64,000 bases of DNA from Leucoraja ocellata (taxonomy: Eukaryota), in the NCBI GenBank assembly GCA_036785375.1, contig JAWMAR010000388.1:186001-250000 (forward strand). Direction: 5' to 3'. Every line of letters begins with the position of its first letter. The stretch's first letter is position 1. Of the stretch, positions 1 to 12,923 are shown piece after piece. The position numbers were made by a program, and so were the translations under genes. The notes below the pieces were generated by a model, which saw nothing but the letters and a program-made list of their open reading frames with translations, did no database searches and was not told where the DNA came from.

Positions 1-866
1 GACGGACTGCATCCTCGGGTTCTGAAAGTTTTAGCTTTAGAGATTGTGGAGGCATTGATAGTGATATTTCAGGAATCACTAGAGTCAGGAATAGTTCCAG
101 ATGATTGGAAAATTGCCAATATTACCCCGATGCACATGAAGGAAGCAAAGCAGTGTTTGGTAAGATTTTAGAGTCCATTATAAAGGATCAGTTTACAGAC
201 TTTGAAGTTTACGATAAAATAGGCCGGTCAGCATGGCTTTGTGAAGGGGAGATCTTGCTTGACAAATTTGCTTAAAGTCTTTGAAGAAGTATATAGCAGG
301 ACAGACAAAGGAGAGTCAATAGATATTATTGTCTTAGATTTCCAGAAAGCCTTTGATAAAGTGCCACACGTGAGGCTGCTACTGAGAGACCACAATATCA
401 AAGGGCACACACTTGCATGTCTAGGAGGTTGGAGGGATGGCAGAAGACAAAGAGTGGCAATAAAGGGGGCTTTTTCAGGTTGGCTGATAGAAACTTACAA
501 AATTCTTAAGGGGTTGGACAGGCTAGATGCAGGAAGATTGTTTCCGATGTTGGGGAAGTCCAGAACAAGGGGTCACAGTTTAAGGATAAGGGGGAAATCT
601 TTTAGGACCGAGATGAGGAAAACATTTTTCACACAGAGAGTGGTGAATCTGTGAAATTCTCTGCCACAGAAGGTAGTTGAGGCCAGTTCGTTGGCTATAT
701 TTAAGAGGGAGTTAGATGTGGCCCTTGTGGCTAAAGGGATCGGGGGTATGGAGAGAAGGCAGGTACAGGATACTGAGTTGGATGATCAGCCATGATCATA
801 TTGAATGGCGGTGCAGGCTCGAAGGGCCGAATGGCCTACTCCTGCACCTATTTTCTATGTTTCTAA
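1..866 (+). mobile_element. CR1 LINE fragments: degraded RT piece (1-~485) joined to a younger CR1 3' end
   Basis: ORF 241-654 has GRSCLTNL and LDFQKAFDKVPH, then jumps to the C-terminal LIETYKILKGLDRLD. The 3' UTR ends in the TTCTATGT tail seen in other copies. Confidence 0.9.
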
Positions 867-984
867 TCACAATGAATGGCGGTGCTGGCCCGAATGGCCT
901 ACTCCTGCACCGATGTTTCTATGTTTCTACGTCTAATCATGTGAAACAATGCTGATTTTAACTTAACCGAGACATGGATTTGTG

Positions 985-1525
985 AATGAAGGAACTGCAG
1001 GTTCTGGTTTACATCAGCAATAAATCCTGGAGTAATGCAGTGGGACAGGCAGCATCTCCGGACAGAACAAATTGGAGAAGTTTCGGGCCCAGACCCTTCT
1101 TAGATCTGATAGTCAGGGGAAGGGACAGTTTAGAGATATGGAAGGGAAAGGTGTGAAAACTGCATATCAAAGCAAACGATGCTAAGGGAATGTAGAATGG
1201 TTAATTGTTGGCTGAGGGGAAGCTGACAAGAAAGCATACACTCAGTGAAATTAACCAGGACAGTGAAACGTCGGAGAACTAGGATGGGGAGGGACAGAGT
1301 GAGATGAAACGCAAGCGTTACTTGAAGTTTGTGAAATCAATAATTACAACTGCTGGGGTGTAAGCTGCCTGAGCGAAATATGAGGCTCTGTTCCTCCAAT
1401 GTGCGTTGGGCCTCACTCTGACTGTAGAGGGGCCCAGGACAGAGCTCCATGTGGGGGGGGGGTTAAAGTGTTTAGCAACCAGGAGATCACGTAGGCCATA
1501 GTGGATTGGTGTAGCTGTTGTAAAA
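985..1525 (-). mobile_element. Penelope-like element 3' fragment (GIY-YIG C-terminus plus pseudo-LTR)
   Basis: Reverse complement resembles 36800-37215 (…AKHFN…, CTCTACAGTCAGAGTGAGGCCC, CAGCTTACACCCCAGC) and has a degenerate AAGAAGGGTCT…CCCGAAAC motif. Confidence 0.75.
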
Positions 1526-1712
1526 CACATTGCTTCGCTGCTATCGACATTTTGACACGTTCACTTGTGGCAACGTAGAACAGTACAACATGGGAACAAG
1601 CGCGTCGGCCATTAATATCCTTGCCGAAAATGGCGCCACGTAAGACTCATCGTTTCTGTTTGTACGTGTGTTATAACTCTCCCTTCCTCACATATCTAGA
1701 TGCTACTGTCAT

Positions 1713-2732
1713 CAGTGATGTGCGGTGAGGTCAATGGCTGGGGAGGCACTGGCTAGTATCAGTGGCCCGGCCCTCCCTGTATTGATCAACGCGTCTCCCC
1801 AAGGAGAGAGAGGGGTGGAGCCGNNNNNNNNNNNNNNNNNNNNNNNNNNNNNNNNNNNNNNNNNNNNNNNNNNNNNNNNNNNNNNNNNNNNNNNNNNNNN
1901 NNNNNNNNNNNNNNNNNNNNNNNNNNNNNNNNNNNNNNNNNNNNNNNNNNNNNNNNNNNNNNNNNNNACGTTATAACCCGCAGCCGTCCCATTCTAACCG
2001 CCGCCGAACCCCTCTCTCACTGCATCATTGCAACCTTCTTCACAGCGGCCGAGTGATGTCTCGGCTCTGACAATTCGAGGGATCTAACTAGTAACAACAC
2101 AGAGCAGCCCCGGGCACTGCACTCCCCGACTGCTGAAGCTAACTAACGTGGAGGGAGGGTGAGGTAGCGTCTATTACGTGGGCTGAGATAAGGTAATTGA
2201 CGCTCGTTTTCCTTCACTGGGCTCAAGACACGCCCCCTTGTGAGGCAGATGTGATCGCTGCCTCCCCTTGAGCTTTTACACTGCAGTTTAATGTGAGACC
2301 AGCGAGCATAAATTTAACATCTTTACATGTGAAATATGTAACTGGACTATGGAAGGCGAGGACATGTAATGAAGGGGTTTACACACTTTACTTTGGTGAA
2401 TTACATAAAGATAGTATCAGGCACTCGCTTATTGCCCGCGCTCCATGCAGTTTCTGAGGGGTTGCGCAATCAGAGGGGAGGCTCAGCTCACCGCTGCCTC
2501 ACCTCTCATGTCTCCCTGTATTTGCAGCAGAGCTGCGAAAAATGTGGCGATTTTGACTATAAAACATGATTAGATTCATATAGAAATTACATTTATAACA
2601 GATCAGTGGGAAAATCTTTATATTCATTGTATTTTATTAATATTTTTCTATACTTTTCTGAACAGCTATTTTCATTGGGAGTATGACAGGTGAGGCTCTG
2701 CCTGCCCTGCCTCCCCTGACCGCACGTCCCTG
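1713..2732. mobile_element. Non-autonomous hAT-type DNA transposon (contains an N gap)
   Basis: TIRs CAGTGATGTGCGGTGAGG / CCTGACCGCACGTCCCTG. Perfect 8-bp TSD ACTGTCAT at 1705-1712 and 2733-2740; 8-bp TSDs with CAG ends are typical of hAT. Confidence 0.85.
1824..1967. other. Assembly gap (N run)
   Basis: Run of n. Confidence 1.
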
Positions 2733-3979
2733 ACTGTCATACCTACGTCCACTGATACCCAAGGCAGCTACCAGTCTCAACTATGTGCGCAAAACTTTGT
2801 CCCGCATATCTTCTTGAAACATTGGCCCACTAAACAGATAGTCATTTGCAGTCCAAGCTGTTGCTTATTCCACAATCGTCCTTGCTAAAATTGCAAAGAG
2901 CTTATGGGAATCTGTTGTGTTTATATTGCCTAATATTTCGCTAGATTCTGATCAGGGAAGCAATTTTAAAGCTCGGAGTGGCTGTGGGGATATTTAGGAC
3001 ATTGACACTCTCGAAAGTACATATTGCGACCCAATCTGAAATGATTCAATTTTCAATCTTGAAATATAAACGTTTTGCAGTTAAATCTATGGACGTTAAA
3101 TAAAGCGGCATGTTTGGGTCAGTCCAAGTGTCCTTTGGTCAAGATGAAAGGTGCTGAGTTCAAATGGTTTCAATCGTCTTGCAAATGGACATTGTGGAAC
3201 AGCAGCCTGCTCTCCAGAAGTAGTGTTGCATACTTGCAATGCCCTCACACAAACGCCACGTTATTCTCTGCCATCGTATTGGTGGGAAGTCCTCTTTGCA
3301 CAAAATAAAATCTGATAATCCTGTCCGGGAAATCTCAGGTCACTTTACCATTGATGCCAGTTGCCAGAAAAGAATCCCTCTGGTCAGTTGCAAAAACACA
3401 TTGAGGAACATTGTCTTTTGTGTTTATTTTAGATGTGAGCACAGCTGGAGGCGACCGACGCATTGGTGTAAATAATCTCAGAAATAGAAGTCCCAGATTA
3501 GAACACTGATAGACAGAAACAGCATCTAATTGTCCCTACCAACGCAGTAGAGAATTAGGCCGTGCGTGATGCAAATCTTCAACCGATTCAAAAGCATGGT
3601 GAATGTTTCAGATAGTTTTCTGCGCATCATTTGATAATATAATGGAGATTATATCCACGTTCACTTGAGGTAAAGAAATCCAGAACTCGTAGTTTGTGCA
3701 AACATTCGGAAAGCTGGAATGGGGAGAGGGAAGTTCCTTGACACAGTACTCTCTCGATACAAACTCACTCTTTTATTAAACTTCTCCCCACGTCTCCCAG
3801 AACTGTCAATACCCGAATGTCAATGTGAAGGAAACCATGTTCTGTCTGAAAGGCTGAGGATAATGTGAGGCGGGTGATTTGTATCAACATGTAATATGTG
3901 TATTCAGTTATCGATGGAAGTAAAGTAGCCTGAAGCTGACCCATGATGATCCTGGCCTGGTCGTGGGTGATGAGGCAAA

Positions 3980-5170
3980 GAAACATTGAAACATAGACAA
4001 TAGGTGCAGAACTAGGGCATTTGGCCTTTCGAGTCAGCACCACCATTCAACATGATTGTGGCTGATCATCCACAATCAGTAACCCGTCCCTGCTTCTTCC
4101 CCATATCCCTTGATTCTGTTAGCCATTGGGGCTAAATCTAACTCTCTCTTGAAAACATCCAACAAATATTAGCCTCCATTGCCTTCTGTGGCAGAGAAGT
4201 CCACAGATTCACAATTCTCTGGGTGAAAAAGGTTTTCCTCATCTCAGTAATAAATAGCCTACACCCTATTCATAAACTGTGACCCCTGGTTCTGGACTCC
4301 CCAAACAAGGGGAACATTTTTTCTGCATCTAGCCTCTCCAATCCCTTTAGAATTGTACATGTTTCTACAAGATGCCCTCTCATCCTTCTAAATTCCAGTG
4401 AATACAAGCCAGTCAACCCATTCCTTCATCATATGTCAGTCCCGCCATCCTGGGAATCAACCTGGGGAAACCTACACTGCACGCCCTCAATAGCAAGAAT
4501 GTCCTTCCTCCAATTAGGAGACTAAAACTGCACACAATACTCCAGGTGCTACCTCACTAGGGCTCTGTACAACTGCAGTAGGACCTCCTTGCTCCTAATC
4601 TCAAATCCTCTCGCAATGAAGGCCGACATGCCATTCGCTTTCTTCACTGCCTGCTGTACCTGCATGCTTACTTTCAGTGACTGATGTACAAGCACATCCA
4701 GGTCTCGTTGCACCTCCCCTTTTCTTAATCTGCCTTTGTGATTATGACACCAAAGTGGATAACCTCACATTTATCCACATTATGCTGCATCTGCCCATCA
4801 CCCAACACATCCAAGTCACCCTGCAGACTCATAGCATCCTCCTCTCAGTTCACTCTGCCACCTATCTTTGTCATCCATAAACTTGGAGATGTTACATTTA
4901 ATTCCCATCGTCTAATTCGTTAATATATATTGTAATTAACTGGGGTCCCAGTACTGCCTGGCAGCAACCCACTACTCCCTCCCTGCCATTCTAAAAAGGA
5001 CCCGTCAATTCCTACTCTTTACTTTCTGCCAACCAGGTCTCTATCCGTGTCAATACCCTACCCCCAATAACCTGTGCTCTAATTCTGCACACTAATCTCT
5101 TGCATAGGGCCTTTTTGAAAGTCCAGATACACTACATCCACTGGCTCTCCCTTATGCATTCTACTTGTTA
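3980..5170 (-). mobile_element. Degraded CR1 LINE, RT to 3' end
   Basis: Reverse complement matches the CR1 at 16500-17729, with many stops and indels. Confidence 0.9.
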
Positions 5171-5603
5171 TGCCCCTGTCCCACTTAGGAAACCTGAACA
5201 GAAACCTCTGGAGACCTTGCGTACCCACCCAAGGTTTCCGTGTGGTTCCCGGAGGTTTTTGTCAGTCTCCCTAATGGTCAAAAGTGGTTTCCGCTTCTTT
5301 TATGTTCCGGCGATTATTTTAAAAAATTCAAAACCGACCGTGACTAAAAATAGGTTGCCGTTTTAAAAATCGGTAATTTTTTAGTTGAAGCCGGTTGCGA
5401 TGCTAGTTGAAGATGGTTGCCGGCGGTTGCAGGTAGTGGAAGGTAAGACCTTTTTTTCACCCAGTTTTATTCCACCAGGGAGGTCTTACCTTCCACAACC
5501 TGCAACCTCCGGCAACCACCTTCAACTAGCATCGCAACCGGCTTCGACTAAAAAATTTCCGATTTTTAAAACGGCAACCTATTTTTAGTCACGGCTGGTT
5601 TTT
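5171..5603. mobile_element. Truncated palindromic MITE (CCTGTCCCAC terminus family)
   Basis: Starts GCCCCTGTCCCAC, like the TIR of 44817-45130. Internal inverted arms ~5330-5450 and ~5481-5602 with a ~30-nt loop. Confidence 0.7.
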
Positions 5604-5900
5604 TACAGCTAAGGTTAAATGATTAAATGGACGGATTCTATAGGTACAAAGAAATTGACTTTTGACTGAACTGTCATCAATGATTTTTGGATAGACAATT
5701 TGTAACTTTCACGGCGGCAGAAACATGGCGACACTTTGTGCACTGCCTAGATGAGGTCTGCTGTGCGATTTTGCTAGATTGTATGCAAACATAAAGAATA
5801 TCATTGTACATAGGTGCAAGTGGCAATTAAGTATAATTGAATAATTGAACCATTGATTTTGTTGCATTGCGGTGCATTAATTTGCTAAAATAAAGTAAAA

Positions 5901-6302
5901 TTTAGAAGATTGAGGGGGATCTTATAGAAATGTACAAAATTCTTAAGCGGTTGGACAGACTAGATGCAGGAAGATTGTTCCCGATGTTGGGGCAGTCCAG
6001 AACAAGGGGTCACAGTTTAAGGATAAGGGGGAAATCTTTTAAGACCGAGATGAGAAAAACATTTTTCACACAGAGAGTGGTGAATCTCTGGAATTCTCTG
6101 ACACAGAAGGTAGTTGAGGCCAGTTTATTGGCTATATTTAAGACGGAGTTAGATGTGGCCCTTGTGGCTAAAGGGATCAGGGGGTATGGAGAGAAGGCAG
6201 GTACAGGATACTGAGTTGGATGATCAGCCATGATCATATTGAATGGCAGTGCAGGTTCGAAGGGCCGAATGGCCTACTCCACCTATTTTCTATGTTTCTA
6301 TG
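5901..6302 (+). mobile_element. 5'-truncated young CR1 3' end
   Basis: ORF 5930-6214 is nearly identical to the C-terminus of 16067-17629; TTTCTATG tail. Confidence 0.92.
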
Positions 6303-7337
6303 AAATATACAATAGGCGGGGGACACATGGATTGCATCATTGGTCGATTTGTAAATCGTCTGTGTGCTCTGGCTAAAGAACATGGAATCCAGACCCCACT
6401 GATCATCCCAGATATGTTTTACATTTTCACACATGCCTACATTATATCACCCAGTGACCTTCACGCAGATGCGTTCACTTCATGTACTCGGCTTCAGTGT
6501 GCAAAGGGAAACAATGTGGACACCTGTGGCCTTCGCTAAACTGGAAGATAATGAACATCCATTCAGTATTTTACTCTGTTTTATTCAGGTCACTATCTGT
6601 GTGGTGTGTGATTCACAATTACCTTATATCTCTGTGTCAGATAATCTCTAAACAGATTCCATACAGAATGTAAGAAACATTGATGCCCACTGTAAACATG
6701 AAAGGCAACCCAATCAAACACATTAACCGGGATATACATGATCAGAATTGATACTCCTGACAGTTTCACCAAAATGATGCAGCATGTAACCAATAAGATT
6801 AGTAGCTGGAAGTTTGCGAGATCTGTTGCTAGGTAGATTTTTATTTTGTTAGTTGTTATTCACCATCAGAGTTTTCAGTGTTTGAGCAGCAGAATGAAAG
6901 TGCCTCATTAATTTAGCAGCACAGTCGACACAGGTGTTTCCTTTCAGTTACATGGTGAGCTCTTGCCCATCATTCACAATGAAATGTTTTGTCTTCGGCC
7001 ACAGAAAATGTAGAAGATATATTCTGATTCGGCAGAATCTTAAATCCATTCATTCCTAATACTATTAGTCATTTTATCATTTATTCAATGCGCATTCTTA
7101 CGATAATAAGGACTATCTCTGCAGAGCCACATAAACACAAACAATTAGAGGGCAGTGTGAGGTGTTAATAAAGTTAATTTAATTTTCCCCACTTTGATGT
7201 AATGGACATGTAGTCTTGTAGAAGAAATGGGGAAGATGATCGATATGTTACCAAATTTAAATGAATTTGATATTACCTGGGCAGACAAAAGGTTACAGAT
7301 AAATTGCATGTGGGCCGTTCGATCACAGATTACAAGT

Positions 7338-7557
7338 TAGAAACTTAGAAATTAGGTGCAGGAGTAGGCCATTCGGCCCTTCAAGCCAGTACCACCATTC
7401 AATATGATCATTGCAGATCATCCAAAATCAGTACCAGCATTTTCTCCATATCCCTAGAATTTGTTAGCGCTAAGAGCTAAATCTAACTTTCTCTTGAAAA
7501 CATCCAGTGACTTGACCTCCACTGCCTCCTCTGGCAGAGAATCCCACAGATTCACAC
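7338..7557 (-). mobile_element. Old CR1 3' end; the same copy resumes at 21130
   Basis: Ends at …CACAGATTCACAC and resumes ACTCTCTAGGTGAAAA at 21130. Uninterrupted in duplicate copy 2 (24295-24325). Confidence 0.8.
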
Positions 7558-8430
7558 CTCTGATGAACAAAGAAATGGCAGATGAGTTGAACAGGTACTT
7601 TAGATCTGTCTTTACTAAGGAGGACACAAACAATCTTACTGATATAGTAGTGGCCAGAGGATCTGGGGTGATGGAGGAACTGAAGGAAATCCACATTAGG
7701 CAGGAAATGGTGTTGGGTAGACTGATGGGACTGAAGGCTGATAACTCCCCAGGGCCCGATGGTCTGCATCCCAGGGTACTTAAGGAAGTGGCTCTAGAAA
7801 TCGTAGATGCATTGGTGATAATTTTCAAATGTTCTTTAGACTCACGATCAGTTTCTGTTAATTGGAGGGTAGCTAATGTTATCCCATTTTTTAAGAAAAG
7901 CGGGAGAGAGAAAATAGGGAATTATTGACCAGTTAGCCTGACATCGGTGGTGGGGAAGATGCTGGAGTCAATTATAAAAGATGAGATAGCCGAACATTTG
8001 GATAGCAGTAACAGGATCGGTCCGAGTCAGCATGGATTTATGAAGGGGCAATCATGCTTGACAGATCTTCTGGAATTTTTTGAAGATGTAACTCGGAAAA
8101 TGGACAAGGGAGAGCCAGTGGATGTAGTGTACCTGAACTTTCAGAAAGCATTTGATAAGGTCCCACATAGGGAGATTAGTGGGCAAAATTAGGGCACATG
8201 GTATTGGGGGTAGAGTGCTGACATGGATAGAGAAATGGTTGGCAGAGAGGAAACAAAGAGTAGGGATTAACGGGGTCCCTTTCAGAATGGCAGGCAGTGA
8301 CTAGTGGGGTACCGCAAGGCTCGGTGCTGGGACCGCAGCTACTTACAATATACATCAATGATTTGGATGAAGGGATTCAAAGTAACATTAGCAAATTTCC
8401 AGATGACACAACGATGGGTGGCAGTGTGAA
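7558..8430 (+). mobile_element. CR1 LINE, 5' half of a copy split by the 8431-20241 insertion
   Basis: ORFs 7461-7928 and 7947-8192 (SPGPDGLHPRVLKE, QHGF). Breaks at GGCAGTGTGAA. Confidence 0.9.
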
Positions 8431-8929
8431 CCAAAGATACTAGAGGAGCAAGATAGACCACTCCTACGAAATCCAATGGGCTGACGTGTGGTACGGATCG
8501 GAACATCACGGAACGTCACTTCTGCCATTTTAGGAATAAGACCCCGATCCCCGTTCTGCCTCTCGCAGTTTAATCCACATCAGTCCATTGGATTTTGTAG
8601 TTTATCTTGGTCTCTTAGCCTTCCATGTTAGACCATTATTATCTTTGTTGATAATAAATAAGGTGCTCCTTTAAAAACAAAAATTAAAAAGGGAAACTGC
8701 GTATAAAATGAGCAACAATGCTCAATGAAAGCTCTCTGGACCATATGAATTCTATGATCTTTTGTTTAATCAGTGTTGTGGGGGAACGGTATGTGTGTGT
8801 TTCTGTGTGTGAGTGGCAAGATAGAGATAATATATTTCAAAGTTCCTCATGGACCAGAAGCAACTTTGATTTAAAGCAACTCATGATGTACATGAGCCAT
8901 TCTCATGAAGTACATAAGCCATAAAGACA

Positions 8930-9405
8930 ATTATATTCGCCTTTATATTTTTATATAAGATATAAGGAACATAAGCCATAAGCCAATATATTTGCCTATA
9001 TTTATATATTATAAACACATATATTATATACATGATACACAGATATATAAATGTGATATTGATGTATATAATTATATAAAACACATACATAATTCTCTAG
9101 TTTCTTATATATATATAAACACATTATATATATATATATATAATGAATATATGTTTATATATATATAAAGAAACTCGAGAAATATGTATGTGTGTGTTAT
9201 ATATTTATATACATATATATCACACATATATGCATCATATATATATACATATACATCACACATATATGCGCATCATATATATATATATATATGATGTGTG
9301 TATATATATGTGATGTATATGTATGTAAATATGATTCGTATATGTGTGATATATATGTATTTAAATATATAACACACACATATGTATGTTTCTCGAGTTT
9401 CTTTC
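8930..9405. repeat. (TA)n-rich low-complexity / microsatellite region
   Basis: Degenerate TA/TG/CA runs with a short flanking inverted repeat (AAGAAACTCGAGAAA / TTTCTCGAGTTTCTT). Confidence 0.9.
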
Positions 9406-11340
9406 TTGTGATCTAATTTTGTTGAACTTTTTTTTCATTCATTCAACCTCTCTGAAATCCTATCATTGTGAATAAAATAGTAAGATTAAACGAGAACTTA
9501 CCAGTTCGAAGTTTGATCTGTATTTTATGAGGAGTAACGTTGAGGGAATACATGAAGAACCCGCCAGTACGCATGCGTGTCATTGTTCAAAGCAGCAGTG
9601 TGAATCACAGATACCTGTAATGACTTAAGCATAGTAAGATTAGAGAAAAAGATACCAGTCGTGTTTATGATCAAGGGTGGGAGCGGAGGGCATGTATTCC
9701 CTCAACGTTACTCCTCATAAAATACAGATCAAACTTCGAACTGGTAAGTTCTCGTTTAATCTTACTATTTTACTTCGGAGTCACGTGCGTGACTACATGA
9801 AGATTTCAAAGCTCTGTGATTCAAGCCGTGGAACGAGTCCATCATCAAGTCTGCCTTGGTTATGGGGAGAATAGTGATAACATATTAAACATCAATATGA
9901 TATATATAAATAACCATAAAGTTAATAATAATTGATAGCCCCCGTTTTTTGGGGTATATTATGGTACAGAAACTTAACAATGTTTCTGAAAATTTCCTGT
10001 TTCCATTATTGGTTTGTTATAATCTTTAGAATGTTCTTTCCGATGGCCATCCTGCAGTCCTGAGGATTTTATCCATAGGAAAACCTCCAATTTAAATGCT
10101 GCCGACGTTGCTGCAGCCTGCTCGAGTGAGATTTTAACCAAGTTAGTGTGTACACCAACTTTGGTCAATACTATGTTAGCCATTTAGCTGGCCTGGCCTG
10201 TTATTCTTTAATGAGGCTGTCTGTAGTTGATGAGAAGTTCCTCTTCTGTGCCACTGATGGTCTTGGTTTGTTCCATGTATATTTGTAGATGTCTCACAAC
10301 AGTCAATCATCTGTAGGGTAGGCTCTAAAAATGTTATTTTAAGGCCTGCTCACCCCTGTCTGTTTAGTTCCCTAATTCCTGAATATAGAAGTGTAAGTTG
10401 CCAGGTGAACTGGTCTAGTTATCCAGCCTTAATTTGGTAGGGACTGAGTCCTTAGTGCCGTGACCTAAGCCATCAGCATGACAGTTTTGTAAAATGTCAA
10501 AAAACTGTAATGACAGCGCTGTGGCTGGAGCCCAGTTCTTTAACAACGTTAAGACGATGCTGATGTCCCATATTTGGGAATACCTGGTCTTTGGGGAATT
10601 CCCATAAAAGTGTCCCCCATAAGCTGTTGTCTTGCCATAGGTAAGTAGATGGACCACTTCTGGCACAGTTGATGTCACTAATACTAAGCGCCTGTAGGTT
10701 AACAAAGCTGCCAAACAGGCTGGATGATGTATTATGGTTGCAACACATCTCCAATTAGTTTATGTATTTTAGACATTGTCTTTAGGTTGATTGTCTGTGG
10801 CCCGCTGTGATCATGTCCATTGCTCTGGCCGTCAGTCCCAGATGTAATAGTGGCGCTTTCAGACTCTACGATTTATGCGATTTATATGTTCATGGCACGG
10901 GTGGTTTTCCCCATACTTCATCGTCTGTTTAGGATGGTGCTGCATGGTTCTAATCTCATTTCCAGTACCACCGAGAACCATGGTTGGGTAGGTCAGTGGG
11001 GTACTATTAAAACACCCCTACTGATGAGGTTGCCAAATTGTGTTGGCCAGATTGTTACATGATGTAGATTCCCTTTCACCCATGTGCTACCACAGTTGAT
11101 ATGTGCTACCACAGTAGTATTGTTAATTTATAATCTAATAACCTGTTTAACATATTCCAGAGCAACATGACTTTAGGCCATGAAAAAACACCCAACATTT
11201 CCAGGTAGTTATGCCCAGTGTTAGTAATAATGATGCTTCCTGTGTATTCCATCTTCCTCCACAGCTGGAGATGGAATTGGTAACACACCATCCTAGTGCA
11301 TAGCATGCATATGTAGGACCATAGACTGGTGAGGCAGTCA

Positions 11341-12074
11341 TACCCCACATCCATATAAACGGGACTGAGGTGGAGCGCATCTCCAGCTTTAAATTCCTCG
11401 GAGTACATATCTCGGAGGACTTGTCCTGGTCCCTCAACACCTCCAAGCTGATCAAGAAGGCACAGCAGCGCCTTTACTTCCTGAGGAGGCTCAGGAAAGC
11501 CCACCTGTCCCCCCAGATCCTGACCAACTTTTACTGCTGTACCATAGAGAGTATCCTGACCACCTGCTTCACGGTATGGTACAGCAGCTGCACTGCTGCG
11601 GACAGGAAGGCACTACAACGGGTGGTGAAAACCGCGCAGCACATCATCGGTGCCCTGCTCCCTGCCATGGATGCCCTCCACCGAAAACGGTGTCTGAGAT
11701 GGGCTGGGAAGATCATCAAGGACCCCTCACACCCCAACCATGGACTGTTTGCCCTCCTCCCATCAGGGAGGCGGTACAGGAGCCTCAGGTCACGTACTAG
11801 TAGGATGAGGAAAAGCTTCTACAACAACACAATCACACTGCTGAACTCGGAGTCCCGACGATAGATTTCTCTGGTCCCTCTGTCCCCTTTGTTTAATCAT
11901 TCTGTATTTCCTGATTATCCTGTATCTTCCCTCTTTCTATTTTTTTTGTTTTTTCTTGATGTACAACTACTACGGACTGACGCAAAACTGCATTTCGTGT
12001 ACTCATACTTGTATTTGTGCGAAGGCATTAAAGCTGAATTGAATTGAATTGAATTGAATAGAATTGAATTGAAT
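11341..12074 (+). mobile_element. 5'-truncated Rex1/Babar LINE nested in the DIRS element
   Basis: ORF 11370-11864 (FKFLGVHISEDLSW…KAQQRLYFLRRL…[10 protein letters not shown]); (TGAAT)n tail. Confidence 0.92.
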
Positions 12075-12825
12075 GGTTGCTGACAATGATAGGATTGGAG
12101 CAATGCCCAATGTTATCTTTCCACCATTTAGTTCCAATATGGCTTCTGTATGGCTTCATCATTCTATCGAAATGATCATCATTAATTTTAAGAGCTCATA
12201 TTTTGGCCCTCTGTAAATCTTTATAATGTAAGGGTCTGAATTATGTGGCTGGAACCCATATTCCCAGTACCACCTGTTGCCAAAATTCTTGCTACCAGTC
12301 TGATGGATGGTTTATCCCCATGTCAATGATTTTGCTGTATGCCTTTATTAAGGTTGTAACCTCTGTTGGCAAAGTTACTGACATGAGGAACTGAGTTATT
12401 GGTGAACCCCAAATAATCCCTTTAGTTTGAAGGCTTTAATTTTGATTTAATTGGATGGATAATGAATCCTAGTTTCCAAATAATTGTTAAAGGGCTGTTA
12501 CCGTTTGTTCAGCCCTTCTTAAGTTTCCGCACAATTAGTATGTCATCCAAAGAAGCCATTACCATTGTGTGGCTGGTTGTTATATTTTGTAAATAACCTA
12601 GGTGCTAATGTAAACACATTAGGTAGTGCTCTATACTGCTAGAGCTGAGCCATCCAATTAGATAAAATAACGTCCGTGGTCACCTGTTATGGGTACTGAA
12701 AATAGTAAGCATCCTTTGAATCAATGCTTGCCATTTTCGTTCTTAAAACGAATATACTTAACAATAGAAAAGGTTTCCGTTCTTAACGAATATATCGTAT
12801 TATTAATTTTATTTATTTATTTATT

Positions 12826-12923
12826 TTTAATATATGGTCCCTAGATAAGGGACATATCAGTTATTTAAACTGATAAGAACCCAGATATTATGCTTGATCT
12901 TGACCAAAAAGCCGAGATCTGAT
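12826..12923 (-). pseudogene. RNU2: 3'-truncated U2 snRNA retro-pseudogene
   Basis: Reverse complement ATCAGATCTCGGCTTTTTGGTCAAGATCAAGCATAATATCTGGGTTCTTATCAGTTTAAATAACTGATATGTCCCTTATCTAGGGACCATATATTAAA matches U2 nt ~1-97. It stops before the Sm site and is followed by an A-rich tail. Confidence 0.88.

Larger units (their letters stand above)
5606..7557 (+). repeat. Segmental (tandem) duplication, copy 1 (continues at 21130-~22255 after a nested insertion)
   Basis: 5606-5803 aligns to ~23023-23223 and 6489-7557 aligns to 23224-24305, including non-repetitive-looking sequence and a shared antisense CR1 insertion point. Confidence 0.85.

Noticed and set aside
3433-3510. Candidate exon after TTTATTTTAG
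   Set aside because: Short frame with no recognisable product and no partner exons.
6433-6673. ORFs in the duplicated block as an Ig transmembrane exon
   Set aside because: They lack the conserved antigen-receptor transmembrane motif, and the ORF ends differ between the two copies.
8881-9416. Tyr/Ile-rich ORFs
   Set aside because: Translations of a TA microsatellite.
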